A DNA stretch of 64,000 bases from Lingula anatina (Eukaryota; Animalia; Brachiopoda): contig CM120648.1 of assembly GCA_051362555.1 (NCBI GenBank), positions 8,614,587 through 8,678,586 of the forward strand, given 5' to 3'. Made by a program: the position numbers and the translations under genes. Below the pieces are notes generated by a model. The model did not search any database and was not told the DNA's origin. It saw only the letters and a program-made list of their open reading frames with translations. Numbering within the stretch: the stretch's first letter is position 1; each line of letters starts with the position of its first letter. This document shows positions 39,469 to 64,000 of the stretch, piece by piece.

Positions 39469-42400
39469 CTCTACAAACAAACAAACACATGTTTACATGT
39501 AGTTTCCACGTACAATCTTCTTTTACACCCGAACATTTAAACGTGTCAAGTTTTAAAAGAATGACTTTTACAAAATGCTGTAAGCCATAAGCTTCAAAAC
39601 ACTAAAAAATGACACTGTACATATTGTATGTAGAGTTTTCGAAGATAAAGAAGATCTGGTACTTGCGATGAACACATATGCAGAATCAGAGAGAGAAAGA
39701 GAGAGAGAGAGAGAGATAACTATAAATGAAATCACAAATAAATACGTATCGACTCTCACAAAGGAGAGTGTTGATGTTCACATACCTTTTGCGTCATTGA
39801 CATCCGAGGAAACTCGTATCTGTGACTGCAAAGTGGTTCCCTGGTTGTTAAATGCATGGGGCACGATACCTTGGTGTTTATAAATCCAGTTGTTATGTTG
39901 AATGGAAAATCGTAACTCTTCTCTTGCTTTAAATAATTCATGGAGACCGTCTACTTTTTTCGCGACATGCATTAATCTAGCAGTATAGAGTATGCTTCTG
40001 CTGCCGTTGGACTTGCACACTTGGGTAATTCATTTACAAACGATATGCCAGAAACTTACAACGGCGTACTTTAGTGTATGATCGCTCCACTGACAACAGT
40101 TTGGAAAGTTTGTATTGTTCTGTATTTGTAAAAACAACTAAATGGATCCGATTCACTTGAAAATCCAATCAGATAAATACTCATTGAACAGACAGACTTA
40201 ATCACTTTCCAAAAGGGGAGAACAGACTAACACTAACACTGAGAAATAATATTCTTGATTTTTTTCGCAATGGTTGACATCTTTCATCCCCCATCTGTTT
40301 AGTCTATTACTCATGCACCGCGACCCAATATCTGATGTATAGACGTTTAATTACAGATTGATGTGGGCCATGACAAACAAACTTTAACTGCCACCAAGAG
40401 ATAGGAAGTATACCGAAGTATTTCAAAATAATAATAATAATAATTATTATTATTTTTTATATTTATTTTTATGCATTTGTGAAAATGAATATTTTAAAGA
40501 TGTTTCATCAACATTCAGGGATTCAACCAACACATTTTCTACGTTTACAATAAGTGTAATTTAGGATTCGGAACAAAAATAGGCCAGACCTTATGGAGGC
40601 TGTGGTGGACATTATTGAGCTTAGTTTGTAAAATGTGAGAAGAATAACATACCTGGCTGAGCCGCTAATAGAAGCACTTACTTCCTTCACAGAGAGAAGT
40701 GTTGCTCATCAGTCCAAGTGACCCGAGGTTATACATTATATGGTTAGGTTTATTCTTTCTTTCTTTCTTGTAGTCGTGAAATCTTCGTTCTTTAAACCCA
40801 AATAGTCTCTCTGTACTATGGTTCTATGTTGTGATTTACAGAACTGCAGCATAAATTATATACCACGGTTTCTCCTCGGTTCCAGGTGAGAAACTCAAAT
40901 GCCAGCTAATTGATATCCCATATCTTACTGACGAGACTGATAATAATAATGAATAATATACGTATGTCAAGTGCAGGACATGCAAGGTTGTTTTTGCCAG
41001 GGTTAGTGTGATGTGACATTTAGAGTGTTAATTTGTACTCAGTAAAATCTGTATTATTTTCTTTTAGCAAAAGGGTGAGTGGCAAAAGTCTGTTTAAAGA
41101 GTTAAAACCCACACAAAGAGCTAACTGACAAACATTTCTTGTGACAAGCAAGAATGATAATTTCGTGATATCATTTCTCAGCAGCTTTTGCCAATATTTT
41201 GAAAACTTACTATTGTGCAGTTTTTTTCTTGTGATTAAGGAACGATTCAAATCCTAGAGACAGCTTGCTTTTGGGGCCTATTTTTACTGTTAATTGTTTA
41301 CAGCCATACATGTATTCAGACCTAGCTTAGGATCGTCTCATTATGTTAAAGTACGTCAAGTCGGGAAGGGTAGACTGTACTTCACTTTCTTTTTTCATTT
41401 TTTCAAATCATTTTAAAGTCTAGTTCAAATCCTAATTATTTAGATCAATTAACCCATAGAAGTTTGCAAAAAAAAAAAAAAGAGAGAGATTTTAAACTTG
41501 CCAATTAAAAGCTGCAAAACAAACATTTAGCAGCTGTCACTTTTTTATTTTCAACATGATGATTTTTATTATTTACGAGAAAATGAATTTTTGTTAGAAC
41601 ATTTTCTAGTCTGAGCAAATTAATTTAAAAAGCATACAAGTAAAGAAAATAGAATTCATTTTCCTTTTCCTCAGGTGTTTGAAGATGGTATCAAATCGAG
41701 CTAACTTCTGTGCTTCTTTTCATTTCTTCCACAGCGTGCTGTTTCTACACGCCTTTGACGAGACAGAGTTTAGCGGGGTGGAAACAAAGGTGCAATGGCA
41801 AGTTTTCATCCCGTTAAATTTCTTCAGTTCCTCCCACACTCTCATACTCTCTTAGTACACACGATTGCTAGAAAAATATATACACCATCCAATGTGGCAG
41901 TGGCAATAAAAATATACCACATAACATCGGATACAGTGTAACAAATTGGCAATGAGGTACATTTACATGAGGAACCGTTTTCTCGACCCTTCCGATCGGT
42001 CGGATGTCAGTGACGATTTCGAATGCAATGGCGTTCATCAACAGGAAAAAAACAGTAAACTTCTATGGAACAGTACAGTAACAACTTGGCATCCGACTTC
42101 GTTGCCAGGGAAAAAAAGTCTCATTAGGAAGGGACCGTCGATATGAAGTGGTCGAAAACGAGGCAAAAGTCTCCCTGGAAACGTCCAAAAGACGGCAACA
42201 CACGGATGCAAGACAAGCCTTATAAGAATACATAAAGATGTTAGACTAAACATATTACAAGAGAACAGTTATATTAGCTCTGTATGTATCAATTTAAATT
42301 ATCGTTTTTCTTTTTATCAAGACCTTATAAAATATGTGGGTATTACCTCCAATATTTCTGTGACTGTCAGTCACCATCATCAGGAAGTAAATGACTAGGG

Positions 42401-42511
42401 TCATGGTTATTATATTTCTATGTGTGTCTATATATTTCTTTTATAATGTATTTATAGTGGAATTTAGAGCCCCATACGAAGAGTATTTATGATTTCCATA
42501 TGACAAGTATC

Positions 42512-42571
42512 TCTGGTACGGTCTACAGGTGGTGGATAGGATTCCTAGTTTTCAACCAAGCGGTCCGGGTT
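42512..42571 (+). pseudogene. tRNA-Glu pseudogene (heavily decayed, truncated)
   Basis: tctggtacggtcta..gtggataggattcctagttttcaaccaagcggtccgggtt aligns to tRNA-Glu with an insertion and stem mismatches. Confidence 0.75.
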
Positions 42572-42808
42572 TGTGATATTTAAATTTTGGATAAAGATTT
42601 TTGATCCTGTGAATTAAAACGTGCTTTTCTACCCAAATCTAGTTTGATAGTGCTCGATTAAATGGAACAGCTGTAATACGTTAGATAGAGAAATTAAGGG
42701 AGGAACTTTGCAAAAAAAATTTTTTTCGCTATCTCCTTCCTAGTCTCTGGAGTACGTTGAAATTATCCCAGGAATAAACTATATATAATTAGTGAGTAGA
42801 ATACGCAG

Positions 42809-42880
42809 TCCGGTATGGTCTAGTGGCTAGTATTCCTGGTTTTCACCCAGGCCAACCGGGTTCGATTCCCCGTACCGGAA
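42809..42880 (+). tRNA. tRNA-Glu(TTC), full length with 4-5 substitutions (probable pseudogene)
   Basis: 72 nt with intact acceptor and anticodon stems. Changes in the D-arm (ctagtattc), variable region (ggccaacc) and a C-C mismatch in the T-stem (ccggg/ccccg). Confidence 0.7.
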
Positions 42881-43118
42881 GCAGTTCCTTTGATTCCAAT
42901 TTTAAATGTTGAAGAAATGTTTTTGATGCTATGAATTAAAACGTGTTTTTCTACATCTGTCTAGTTCGATAGGCGCTGGGTTAAATGGAGCACCTGCAAA
43001 ACGACAGACGGAGAATTAAGCGAGGAATTTTGCAAAAAAAATCGCCATCTCCCTCTAATCTTTGGAGTTGAAATGATCCCAGACATGAAACCCAGATAGT
43101 TAGCAAGGGGATGTGTAG

Positions 43119-43179
43119 TCCGGTATGGTCTAGTGGCTAGGATTCCTGGTTTTCACCCAGGCGGCACGGGTTCAATTCA
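43119..43179 (+). pseudogene. tRNA-Glu pseudogene truncated just after the T-loop
   Basis: First 46 nt are identical to the 14079 tRNA, followed by acgggttcaattc and then unrelated sequence. The 3' acceptor strand is absent. Confidence 0.85.
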
Positions 43180-43208
43180 GGGAAGGTTTATCTTTTTATC
43201 TATACTAG

Positions 43209-44500
43209 GCCAAAGATTTTCTTGGGGTAGACTGCATTTTTCCCATACCTAACAATGGTTGATGAATCTTTTCCGTAATAGTTTTTCTTTTTTTGTAATA
43301 ATATGATATTATATCTGAGATTTCAAAAAGTATCCATCTATGGAGGTCATGTGGTCCATTGGCAAGCACAAAGTCCAGAAATAATTACGATTTCTACCGT
43401 TTTGTAATCAAAGAAAAATATCCCACTTTAATGTCCGTATATAAAATGTACGATAAGGATACGTTATATTAAAATACATAAAATTAAAGTATGTAACTAC
43501 AACTTACTAACTTCAGATAATCGAAAGATCACAAACAATGTCAAAACTAATCCATAAAAAGAATTCAATAAATATGGCTTAATATTTTATTCTTACACAT
43601 TTATTACAGTAATGTACATTAAGTGATTTAGTATTCAAAACATTTTCGTAAGAGGATCTCAATAAATTTTTGATTGATTTATTCTTAAACAAGTATTAAA
43701 CTAATGCACATTAAGTAATTAAAAAAAGGATAGGAACTGTTCATTTTGGCCAAAGATTTTCTTGGGGTAATTAAACAATAATTTTGCCATGCCTAACAAT
43801 GCTTAACGAATCTTTTTCGAAAAAGTTTGTTTGTTTTTTGTAATGATATCTTATTATATCTGAGATTTCAAAAAGAAGCCAACTATGGAGGTCAAGTGGT
43901 CCATTGGCAAGCAAAGATTCCAGAATAATTAGGATTTCTACCTTTTTGTAACCAAAGAAAAATATTCCACATTAATGTCTCTATATAAAATGTACGATAA
44001 GGATACGTTATATTAAAATACACAAAATTAAAGTATGTAACTACAACTTACTCAACTTCAGATAATCGAAAGATCACAAACAACGTCAAAAACTAATTCA
44101 TAAAAAGAATTCAATAATTCAATAATTAATTCTGACACATTCATTAAAGTAAAGTACATTAAGTGATTAAGTATTCAAAACATTTTCGTAAGAAGATCTC
44201 AATAAATTCTGATTAATTAATTCTTAAACAAGTATTAAACTAATGCACATTAAGTAATAAAAAAGGATAACAGCTGTTCATTTTGACCAAATATTTTCTT
44301 GGGGTAAACGACAATTTTCCCAAACCTAACAGTGGTTGACGAATCTTTTTCGATAAAGATGTTTCTTTTTCTTTTTTTCTTCTTTTTTTTTTTTTTTGTA
44401 ATGATATCTTATTATATCTGAGATTTCGAAAATTAGCCATCTATGAAGGCCATGTGGTCCATTGGCAAGCAGAGATTCCAGAATAATTGCGATTTCTACC
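43209..44500. repeat. Tandem ~540-bp repeat (~2.4 copies) downstream of paralog B
   Basis: The motif ccaaa(g/t)attttcttgggg recurs at ~43209, ~43748 and ~44286. The unit is present once at ~20640-21180 downstream of paralog A. Confidence 0.88.
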
Positions 44501-44970
44501 GTTTTGGTGGAAAATAGAATTTACTGTATTTCTATGAGTTGTTTACAATATATTTATTTATATTTTCTCGTATAAAGAGTTGCTATCCCTTTAATTTTTT
44601 AAAACCTTATAGGTCAAAAAGTCTCGATAAATTGTATAATGAATCAACTATTATACATGCATCAAACTATTGAACTATCCTCTATACGTTATTTGCGCAA
44701 TTCCCCGTAAACACTGCCTATACGTCTCTTCTTATACCCACATATAAGGTTGGGGTCACCCCCTTCACTCCTTCACCCCCGCCGCTACATGTACATGTAT
44801 GAGTAGAGCTAGTGCTCTCTACATGTACATATATAAAGCCCAAGTGTCCTTTATCAATGATATATTTGTGTCATTTATTCATTTATTTTACGACGCAGTT
44901 TGTACCCTTCATCCACGATTCTAACTTGTTACTGCAGGTGTATATCAGTAAATGAATCTGAATCTGAACC

Positions 44971-57746
<12,776 letters not shown>

Positions 57747-59130
57747 CTGCAATAAACACGGTGTCACCAAGACATTTGTCAAACAAAAATGCAAAAATTA
57801 CATATATATATATATGCAGACTTGACATCTAATATCGAATATTTCAGTTTCGAAGGTATGCCTATGTAAAAATGCGTTCTTTTTTCAAAATACTCCGATG
57901 TCAAATAAGATATGTGAATGGAGAAGTGTGTAGTCAGGCGTGTCGCTACCAATTAACTGAATACCAGGTTAGTTGAGCTGCTGCATTATGTAATATGCAG
58001 TGATTTAATTGGGTAGTGCTCCTTTGGGCAGGTCAAAGCTTGGCTTTAGCAAAGCATGGTCCTGTCAAAAAAGTATCCATATGTCGACAACTACTGCATA
58101 AAAGAATTTGAAATTTTGCATGCAAGTGGTAGGTTTTGCAGTGTGTAAAAAGAGCTATGCAGTGCTTTACAAATTTGTTAATCTGTGGCAGAATGGTGCG
58201 TAAAAGACAGACATTGCCAGACACATAATAAAAAATAAAATAAAAATAAAAAAGGCTGGACGGTTCTCTGTGGAAAGCTTTTCCCATATCCACTTTCAAC
58301 GTCACAACAGGAAGACCCATTACATTGGCCAAAAGCTAGGGCACAATGTATGACCTCTAAGAAAGGATGGCAGTGAGAGCCAATTAGAGTTGACATTCTC
58401 CTATCCTAACAGGCCTGGTGAATACCACCAGGGTTTGGAACATGTCTATAGACTGGTTTCCAGATCTAGCAGGTAATATGGGAACATAGAACTACTACAT
58501 GTAATAATACTGGAGAGTGCAGCCCATGAGACTGGCAAGCATGCAGCTTCCAGCCTTGTCGCCCAGAACACGCATCATCTATAAGGGTGTGTTATTGTGG
58601 TCAAAGATGCAGGGTCGGATCCAGAGATATATTCTGACAGTCTTCCAAATTAACTGTTGATTCATTGTCAATTTTTGACCGTCTTCCGACAGAAAAAATC
58701 AGATACCAGTCAATGTGAACTTGAAAATCTGACATTCGTCCGTAAGACCCAGAAGACTGCCCCTATGGCTGGTCTTTGATGGTGGTACAAGCAACCAAAT
58801 GCAGTTATTGATTAAATGTGCCAATGAATATGTTTTATGTGAAGATTAACGTTTGTTAATCTGATTTAAACGCATCACACAACGCCAGCTGCCAATGAAT
58901 ATGTTTTATCAAGCCTCTCTTCAATGTCAAGCAGTTACTCTCAAGTAGATAATACTGGTACATACAAAGGACTAGAAAATTTTAGGTCAATCATTTGACA
59001 GACAAGAACAGAGTCGATGCCTATAATATCTATATTAGAATGAAGTACCTACATTTAATCACAATGGGTCGGGTGTTCTATAAAAGGTAACGCTTTCCAT
59101 AAAGAATAGAGATGTATATTTTTCTATTAA

Positions 59131-59511
59131 AGATGCATACAAAGCCAATATTTTGCCACAAAAACTGACCAAATGCCAGCATATAGTTTCAAGTTGTATA
59201 ACTAAGAGAATTACCAAACGGCACTGTTTAATTTTTCCCGAAAATGATGTTTGAACGGATTTTTCTGCTAGCATTCTATGCTGTATGTCAATGGGGCAGA
59301 AAAGTAGGTCATGAAAGTAGGTTAAATTTTCAACCAAAAATTTAAGGAAAGGAGCAGTCTAAAGCTCTTTTATGGCTGATCAAGTGATCTATTCAGTTTA
59401 TCCCTAGGCATGTCAAATTTATTTGAGTCATGTAAGAAACTAGTAGAATTAAGTGGTTTAGATGTGTTACTTGGAATCCACACTCCACTGATGCTCGGTT
59501 CACATGTACCT
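59131..59511. mobile_element. TTAA-targeting MITE (Kolobok-like), copy 2
   Basis: TTAA|AGATGCATAC ... ATGTACCT|TTAA. The paralogous site in A (~39027, tttctcTTAAactgtc) is empty with a single TTAA, which supports the TSD. Confidence 0.85.
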
Positions 59512-61206
59512 TTAAACTTTCTTTTGGGTTGTATTTTGATCACCGTGATATCAATTTCTATCATTTCATGATGGCCTTGGAATTACGTCATGTCTGGTTC
59601 TCTGAAGTTACAGTCAAATAATTGACAGTGCCTCACTTACTAAGAATTGGGTTACTAAGATATATAAACATTATAGCTTTTTTCGCTTGAAAATACAATG
59701 GTCTTGTAATTGCATCATAACTTCGACCTCTGGTAACTTTAAAATTATTTGCAAATATTTGGTGATCCCTCATTTACAGGGAATTGATACACTTTTCAAT
59801 GACATTAGTGTTGAGGATGGAACGAAGATTAAAAGGCAACAAGTTAAAAATAAATCAAATAAATAATGAATTTAATGTGACGGAAATAATAGTACAAAAT
59901 TATGATAAAAATAAAAACAGACTGAAAATTGCTGCTGGTGAGATTGCTGACGGCTAAGCCGCGAAAACGCAGAGTAGTAGATGCTACCGTCAAATGTGTA
60001 ATCTGAGCAGTAGAAACTGCCCAGCTTTTATGTGTGACGGAGTTTACGACTGCTCCTTCTCGGGATAGTTTAGAAAAAGGAGGGGGTGGGTGAGCTGTCG
60101 CTGACAATTGGTTTACCAAGTTATAGATAACATGGATTCTTTGCTCTAAAATGCTGTGACCTTGTAATATTCCTGACCTCTGGGGACCTTGAAAAGGTTT
60201 GCAAAAGAGTTGTAATAGTGTCTCACATGGAAAAACTGGAATCTTAAAGCCTGTTTCTGTGACATTAGGTAAATAAAATAAAGACATAACGACATTTTTG
60301 CTTGAAAAGTGATTTGACCTTGTAATTAGGCCATTATCTTGACTTCCCTGACATTGAAAGTTTTTGCAAATGACTGGTGGTACCACGCTTAGTACAGGTG
60401 TGAGTTGATATTTTAAACGTTTCTGTGAAATTTGATTGACTTACGTACATGTTATGAAGAATGTTTTTCAAATAATCGATAAATAATTAATGTTGATAAT
60501 TATTTCCCAATTTTTCGTAAACTTATAATGAATAATTCAGTGTTTTTGCCTGTTTTCCACCTACCTAATTTAGATTCATGACCTTATTAATTGTTCAGAT
60601 GTTGAGGCAAAAGGAAAACTGACCGTCAAAAGAAAGTTTTGTTTGAATTTTCTACAAGACAAAATTGTGCTTCTAAGACAAATTATTTTAAGTGATGCCT
60701 GTGTGCTTCGGTGACCCGACTGGTACTAATGTACCCCTGTGATAAAGTAGCTTGCGGTAATGAACTATTTCTTTCCCTCTTTCTTTTTATCCTTCCCCTT
60801 ACCCTTTTTCCCAATTTTCAAAGCGACAAATTATGCCTAGAGGGAGTTGTACACAGCAAAATAAATCCTGGTGGGATAATTGTTTATTTAGAAAACAAAA
60901 CTAATCTAAAATGTAGACACTAAGGATAACGACAAATGTAGGTTTGGATTTATAGTCAGACATATACATGTAGCACATGAACCCCTTCTTCCATCAAAAT
61001 TCCAATATGTGACTTTTAACCTACTTTATTGGGTAGTCCTCTTTCGGCAGGTCTTACAATGTACCATTACTATGGCAGCTATAGAGCATGCATGTTCTAT
61101 TGAAAAGTGCATGTCTTTAACGCCTGCATAGATGACTCCGACATTTTGCATACTGGTACAATTAACAGTGCGTGAACTATGCGGGGCAGTACGTGTGTCA
61201 TAACAT

Positions 61207-61415
61207 AGACCCCATTCCCACAGATTTTAGATCGATCTATCCCCGTGGGGAGTCTCACTAGATTACTGTCAGCTTAACCGGCTAAAATGTCTGTCCCGCC
61301 TACTAAAAGCTGTAAGGAGGTAATTAACTTCCGTGCGCGGAAAATTAAGCGTGAACCCCCAGGGAGTTAGGTCGATCTAGTTGGATCTATCTAAATCTCT
61401 GGGAATGCGGTCATA
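61207..61415. mobile_element. Palindromic MITE family, copy 3
   Basis: Termini gaccccattccca / tgggaatgcggtc. The internal gatcgatctatc..tgtctgtc..cctact..agct..ggtaattaac is shared with 8935-9170. Confidence 0.65.
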
Positions 61416-61684
61416 GTTGCTCTGCCCCATATGTTTTTGGCAGTCCGTGTTTTGATTGTTATTTACTTGTAAAATCTTGGCATGAAGGTGTTATTTTGTT
61501 AAAAGCTTAACCCAGAAAACAAACAATTGTGTTAAAATATAATAAAGTGATTAATTCCGGCCACAACATATGGTTAAAATATATATAAATATTTTCAAGT
61601 CAAACAAAGCCCAAAAAACTAGTTAGACCGATGAGCCCAATGTCAATTCTCATCCTTCCTCTGTGGACTATTACCTGTAAGTAT

Positions 61685-61734
<50 letters not shown>

Positions 61735-62721
61735 GGCGCAGATTATTATTATCTGATTTAATACAGACCGTCACTTACTAACTGATGTATACCTATCTTT
61801 CATGGCAATCGTATTAAGCAATAAAACATCGACGGTGTACCCGGTATGTTTCTAAAACGGTATTGATGTATAGTGTGTAACATGTGCAAAATGATAGACC
61901 CTCTGCAAAAATCCTACCCGATGTGCAAAAATATTCCAATGGGATTGTTGTGCTGTCGTTATGGTGATATCCAAGCAGCAACAGCACCATAAAATAGGAT
62001 AAAATCCACAAGAACACTTCAATTTTTCCCGAAATACAATATTAATATTTATCTAATGCTTACATATCTGTATGCACTTCATTGGATAAATGCCCTGATT
62101 TTACTGACAAATCGACTTCATAGGATAAAATGCGACTTCATATCCACATAAGATATTGCCTGCTACTTCATGGGATAAAGGTGAAAAAACTATTGTTGGC
62201 CCAACGTTATGAGAGATAACGTTTTTGAAATGTAATGTTTTTGTACTTTAAATATTATCCAAAATAGGTAAACTGTACGTTTTAATTTACTTGCATGACT
62301 GAGTAGGGTTTCTTAAGTGGTATTGGATGCATGTTTTGAGCAATTTTACAATACACAGGCATATGCAGGTGAGGATCCAGGATTTCTGAAAAATCAGTAC
62401 ATTATGGGGATAACAGTCAGCGTTGAAAAAAGGGGGGATCCAGATCCCCTGGGCCCTCCCTTCCCAGATCCTCTAACCACAATGGGCCGTAAAACTACTG
62501 GATCAGGTAAACCAGGCTATGATAACATTATTTACCCGTGGGTTATTGGACTATAAGATGGATAAATAAACAAATAGGAATAAATTATTTAACAGAAATA
62601 AATAGATAATAGTGTTGAAAAAGAAGCAGAGAAGGCATATAAATGTGCACTACAGTCGTCTTGATCAAGTCGCATCCCACTCTGAAAATACTATTTTTCC
62701 ATGAGGAAAGACACACGCAAG

Positions 62722-63150
62722 TGTAATGTCTTTACGTCTGTCTCTTGGTTTCCGAGGGGCTTTGTTCTGGTCCTACACCTGTGAATGTCCATCACGGCGT
62801 GATCAAACGTGTTCCCGAAATACTTAGCTGGCTCTCTTTTGACCCGAAAATATTATCTGCGGCACAGTCTGCATTTGGAAACCTGCTAATAAGGCGTTCG
62901 GGGGAGGGGGGTTACTTGTTGTTTAGCAGCCTAATTAACGTGGTTGATCTGCGAGATCAACAGGCTTGTAGTATGATATTTATACAGAATAAATTGATGA
63001 ATCTGAATTTAAAAAGTTAAGTTGCAAAGTAACCATGTGTCTCAAGTATATTGCATATGATTGCTTATTTCTTTCGTGCTTCCACCTCACGCGAGCACTT
63101 GTAATTGATACACTGTTACTTGGTTTAAGATAAGAGCGTAAATTAACTAC
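62722..63150 (+). mobile_element. Diverged, internally deleted relative of the 29084-32548 element (left end)
   Basis: tgttctggtcctacacctgt.aatgtccatca..aacgtgttccc..tttggaaacctgc..gcgagatcaac..gcacttgtaattgata aligns to 29150-29520, then agagcgtaaattaac aligns to ~30581. Confidence 0.7.
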
Positions 63151-64000
63151 AGCAACTACCGCCTAGAGAGTCATTCCACATGACAGTTGTAAAGCTGCAT
63201 TTTGCAACCAACAAAATACGTGAAAATGCAATCTGCAACTGTAAGTACGCATTTAGCAACCAATTTCTTTAAAGTAACTGGAACAATTTGAAATAATACA
63301 GAGATAGAATTGGGATGGGAACGGGGTTGCCTTGACACAATAGGCTGAATCTGGTGTCTGCCCCCAAGGTGGGTGATTTATATTTTATACATATATCACA
63401 ATTTCTGTCATCTCCCCCAAGAACACAACGAGCAGTTTTTAATTGGATTCCTTGTCCTACATTCAAGCACTCAGCTGTTCAGCGCTGTGTGCTGCCCTTC
63501 TCTTTTTTCAAGGACCCATTCACATTCATAATGACAGTTGTAGAGCCGCATTTTGCAACTGCAATGCATTTTGCAACCAGGTTTTTTTGTAAGTCCCTGA
63601 AACGGTTTGAATAATGGGGTGTGGTTGTACCATAGGGTGGTTGATTGTAATTTTCACATCGTAATTTCTGCCATCTACCCGCAAGCTGAAACATTGGGAA
63701 TTAATAAACCTATATGCAAAGGCTCTTCGGAATTTTAGTGTGACTTTGCAGTCCTTTGGGGGGGTATATTTTTATATCGCTGTTACTGTTATCTACCCCT
63801 ATCCATTAAAGTGAGGAACATGAGACGTTGGGCATATTTAAACTTGCCATTAGGCATGTGCACATGTCTTCGGATTTTTCTGACTATGGGGGTCGCCGTC
63901 CCTAGGGGTGGTTGATTATTATCTTTGCGTTATATTTTCTGCTATATACTTATAGGTGTTTAGGTTGAGGAAACTAAATAGTCGGGGTAAGCATAGGCAC

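Noticed and set aside
40625-40715. Candidate 5' non-coding exon of paralog A (minus-strand donors GTAAGT/GTATGT)
   Set aside because: Plausible, because the ATG exon has an acceptor 2 nt upstream, but it cannot be supported without transcript data.
41640-42260. GC-richer, coding-looking stretch between paralog A's 5' end and the tRNA array
   Set aside because: No recognisable domain, stops in the candidate frames and no consistent splice sites. It may be a decayed TE or exon, but this cannot be supported.
59844-60386. 180-aa minus-strand ORF
   Set aside because: No motif, overlaps an interspersed repeat shared with 34345-34470 and ends in low-complexity AT-rich sequence.

Overview
AT-rich eukaryotic DNA with GT-AG introns, microsatellites and many DNA-transposon relics, most likely from a lophotrochozoan invertebrate such as a mollusc (inferred from gene content and repeat style). 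All gene models were spliced by hand from the sequence. The window holds: (1) a 13-exon DBH-like/MOXD1 copper monooxygenase (+, 5965-12728) with a C-terminal TM helix and cytosolic tail; (2) an intact tRNA-Glu(TTC) and four decayed copies in two related mini-arrays (~13.9-14.2 kb and ~42.5-43.2 kb); (3) an 8-exon secreted, possibly GPI-anchored M28 zinc peptidase (+, 15101-20127); (4) two tandem paralogous minus-strand genes (A 21711-39468; B 44971->57746) for ~1200-aa type I membrane proteins. These chain LamG, Sushi, SUEL lectin, C-type lectin, PAN/Apple and Thr-rich mucin modules. The paralog pair is the most striking feature: A lacks two in-frame exons present in B (Sushi and intact SUEL) and has QQD where B has QPD in the C-type lectin, and the ectodomain exons look more diverged than the flanking introns and cytoplasmic tail. 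One intron of A has grown about 20-fold through nested transposons, including an unclassified 3.5-kb TGT..ACA element with ~146-bp TIRs and a 6-bp TSD. Most short ORFs in the supplied track are noise.
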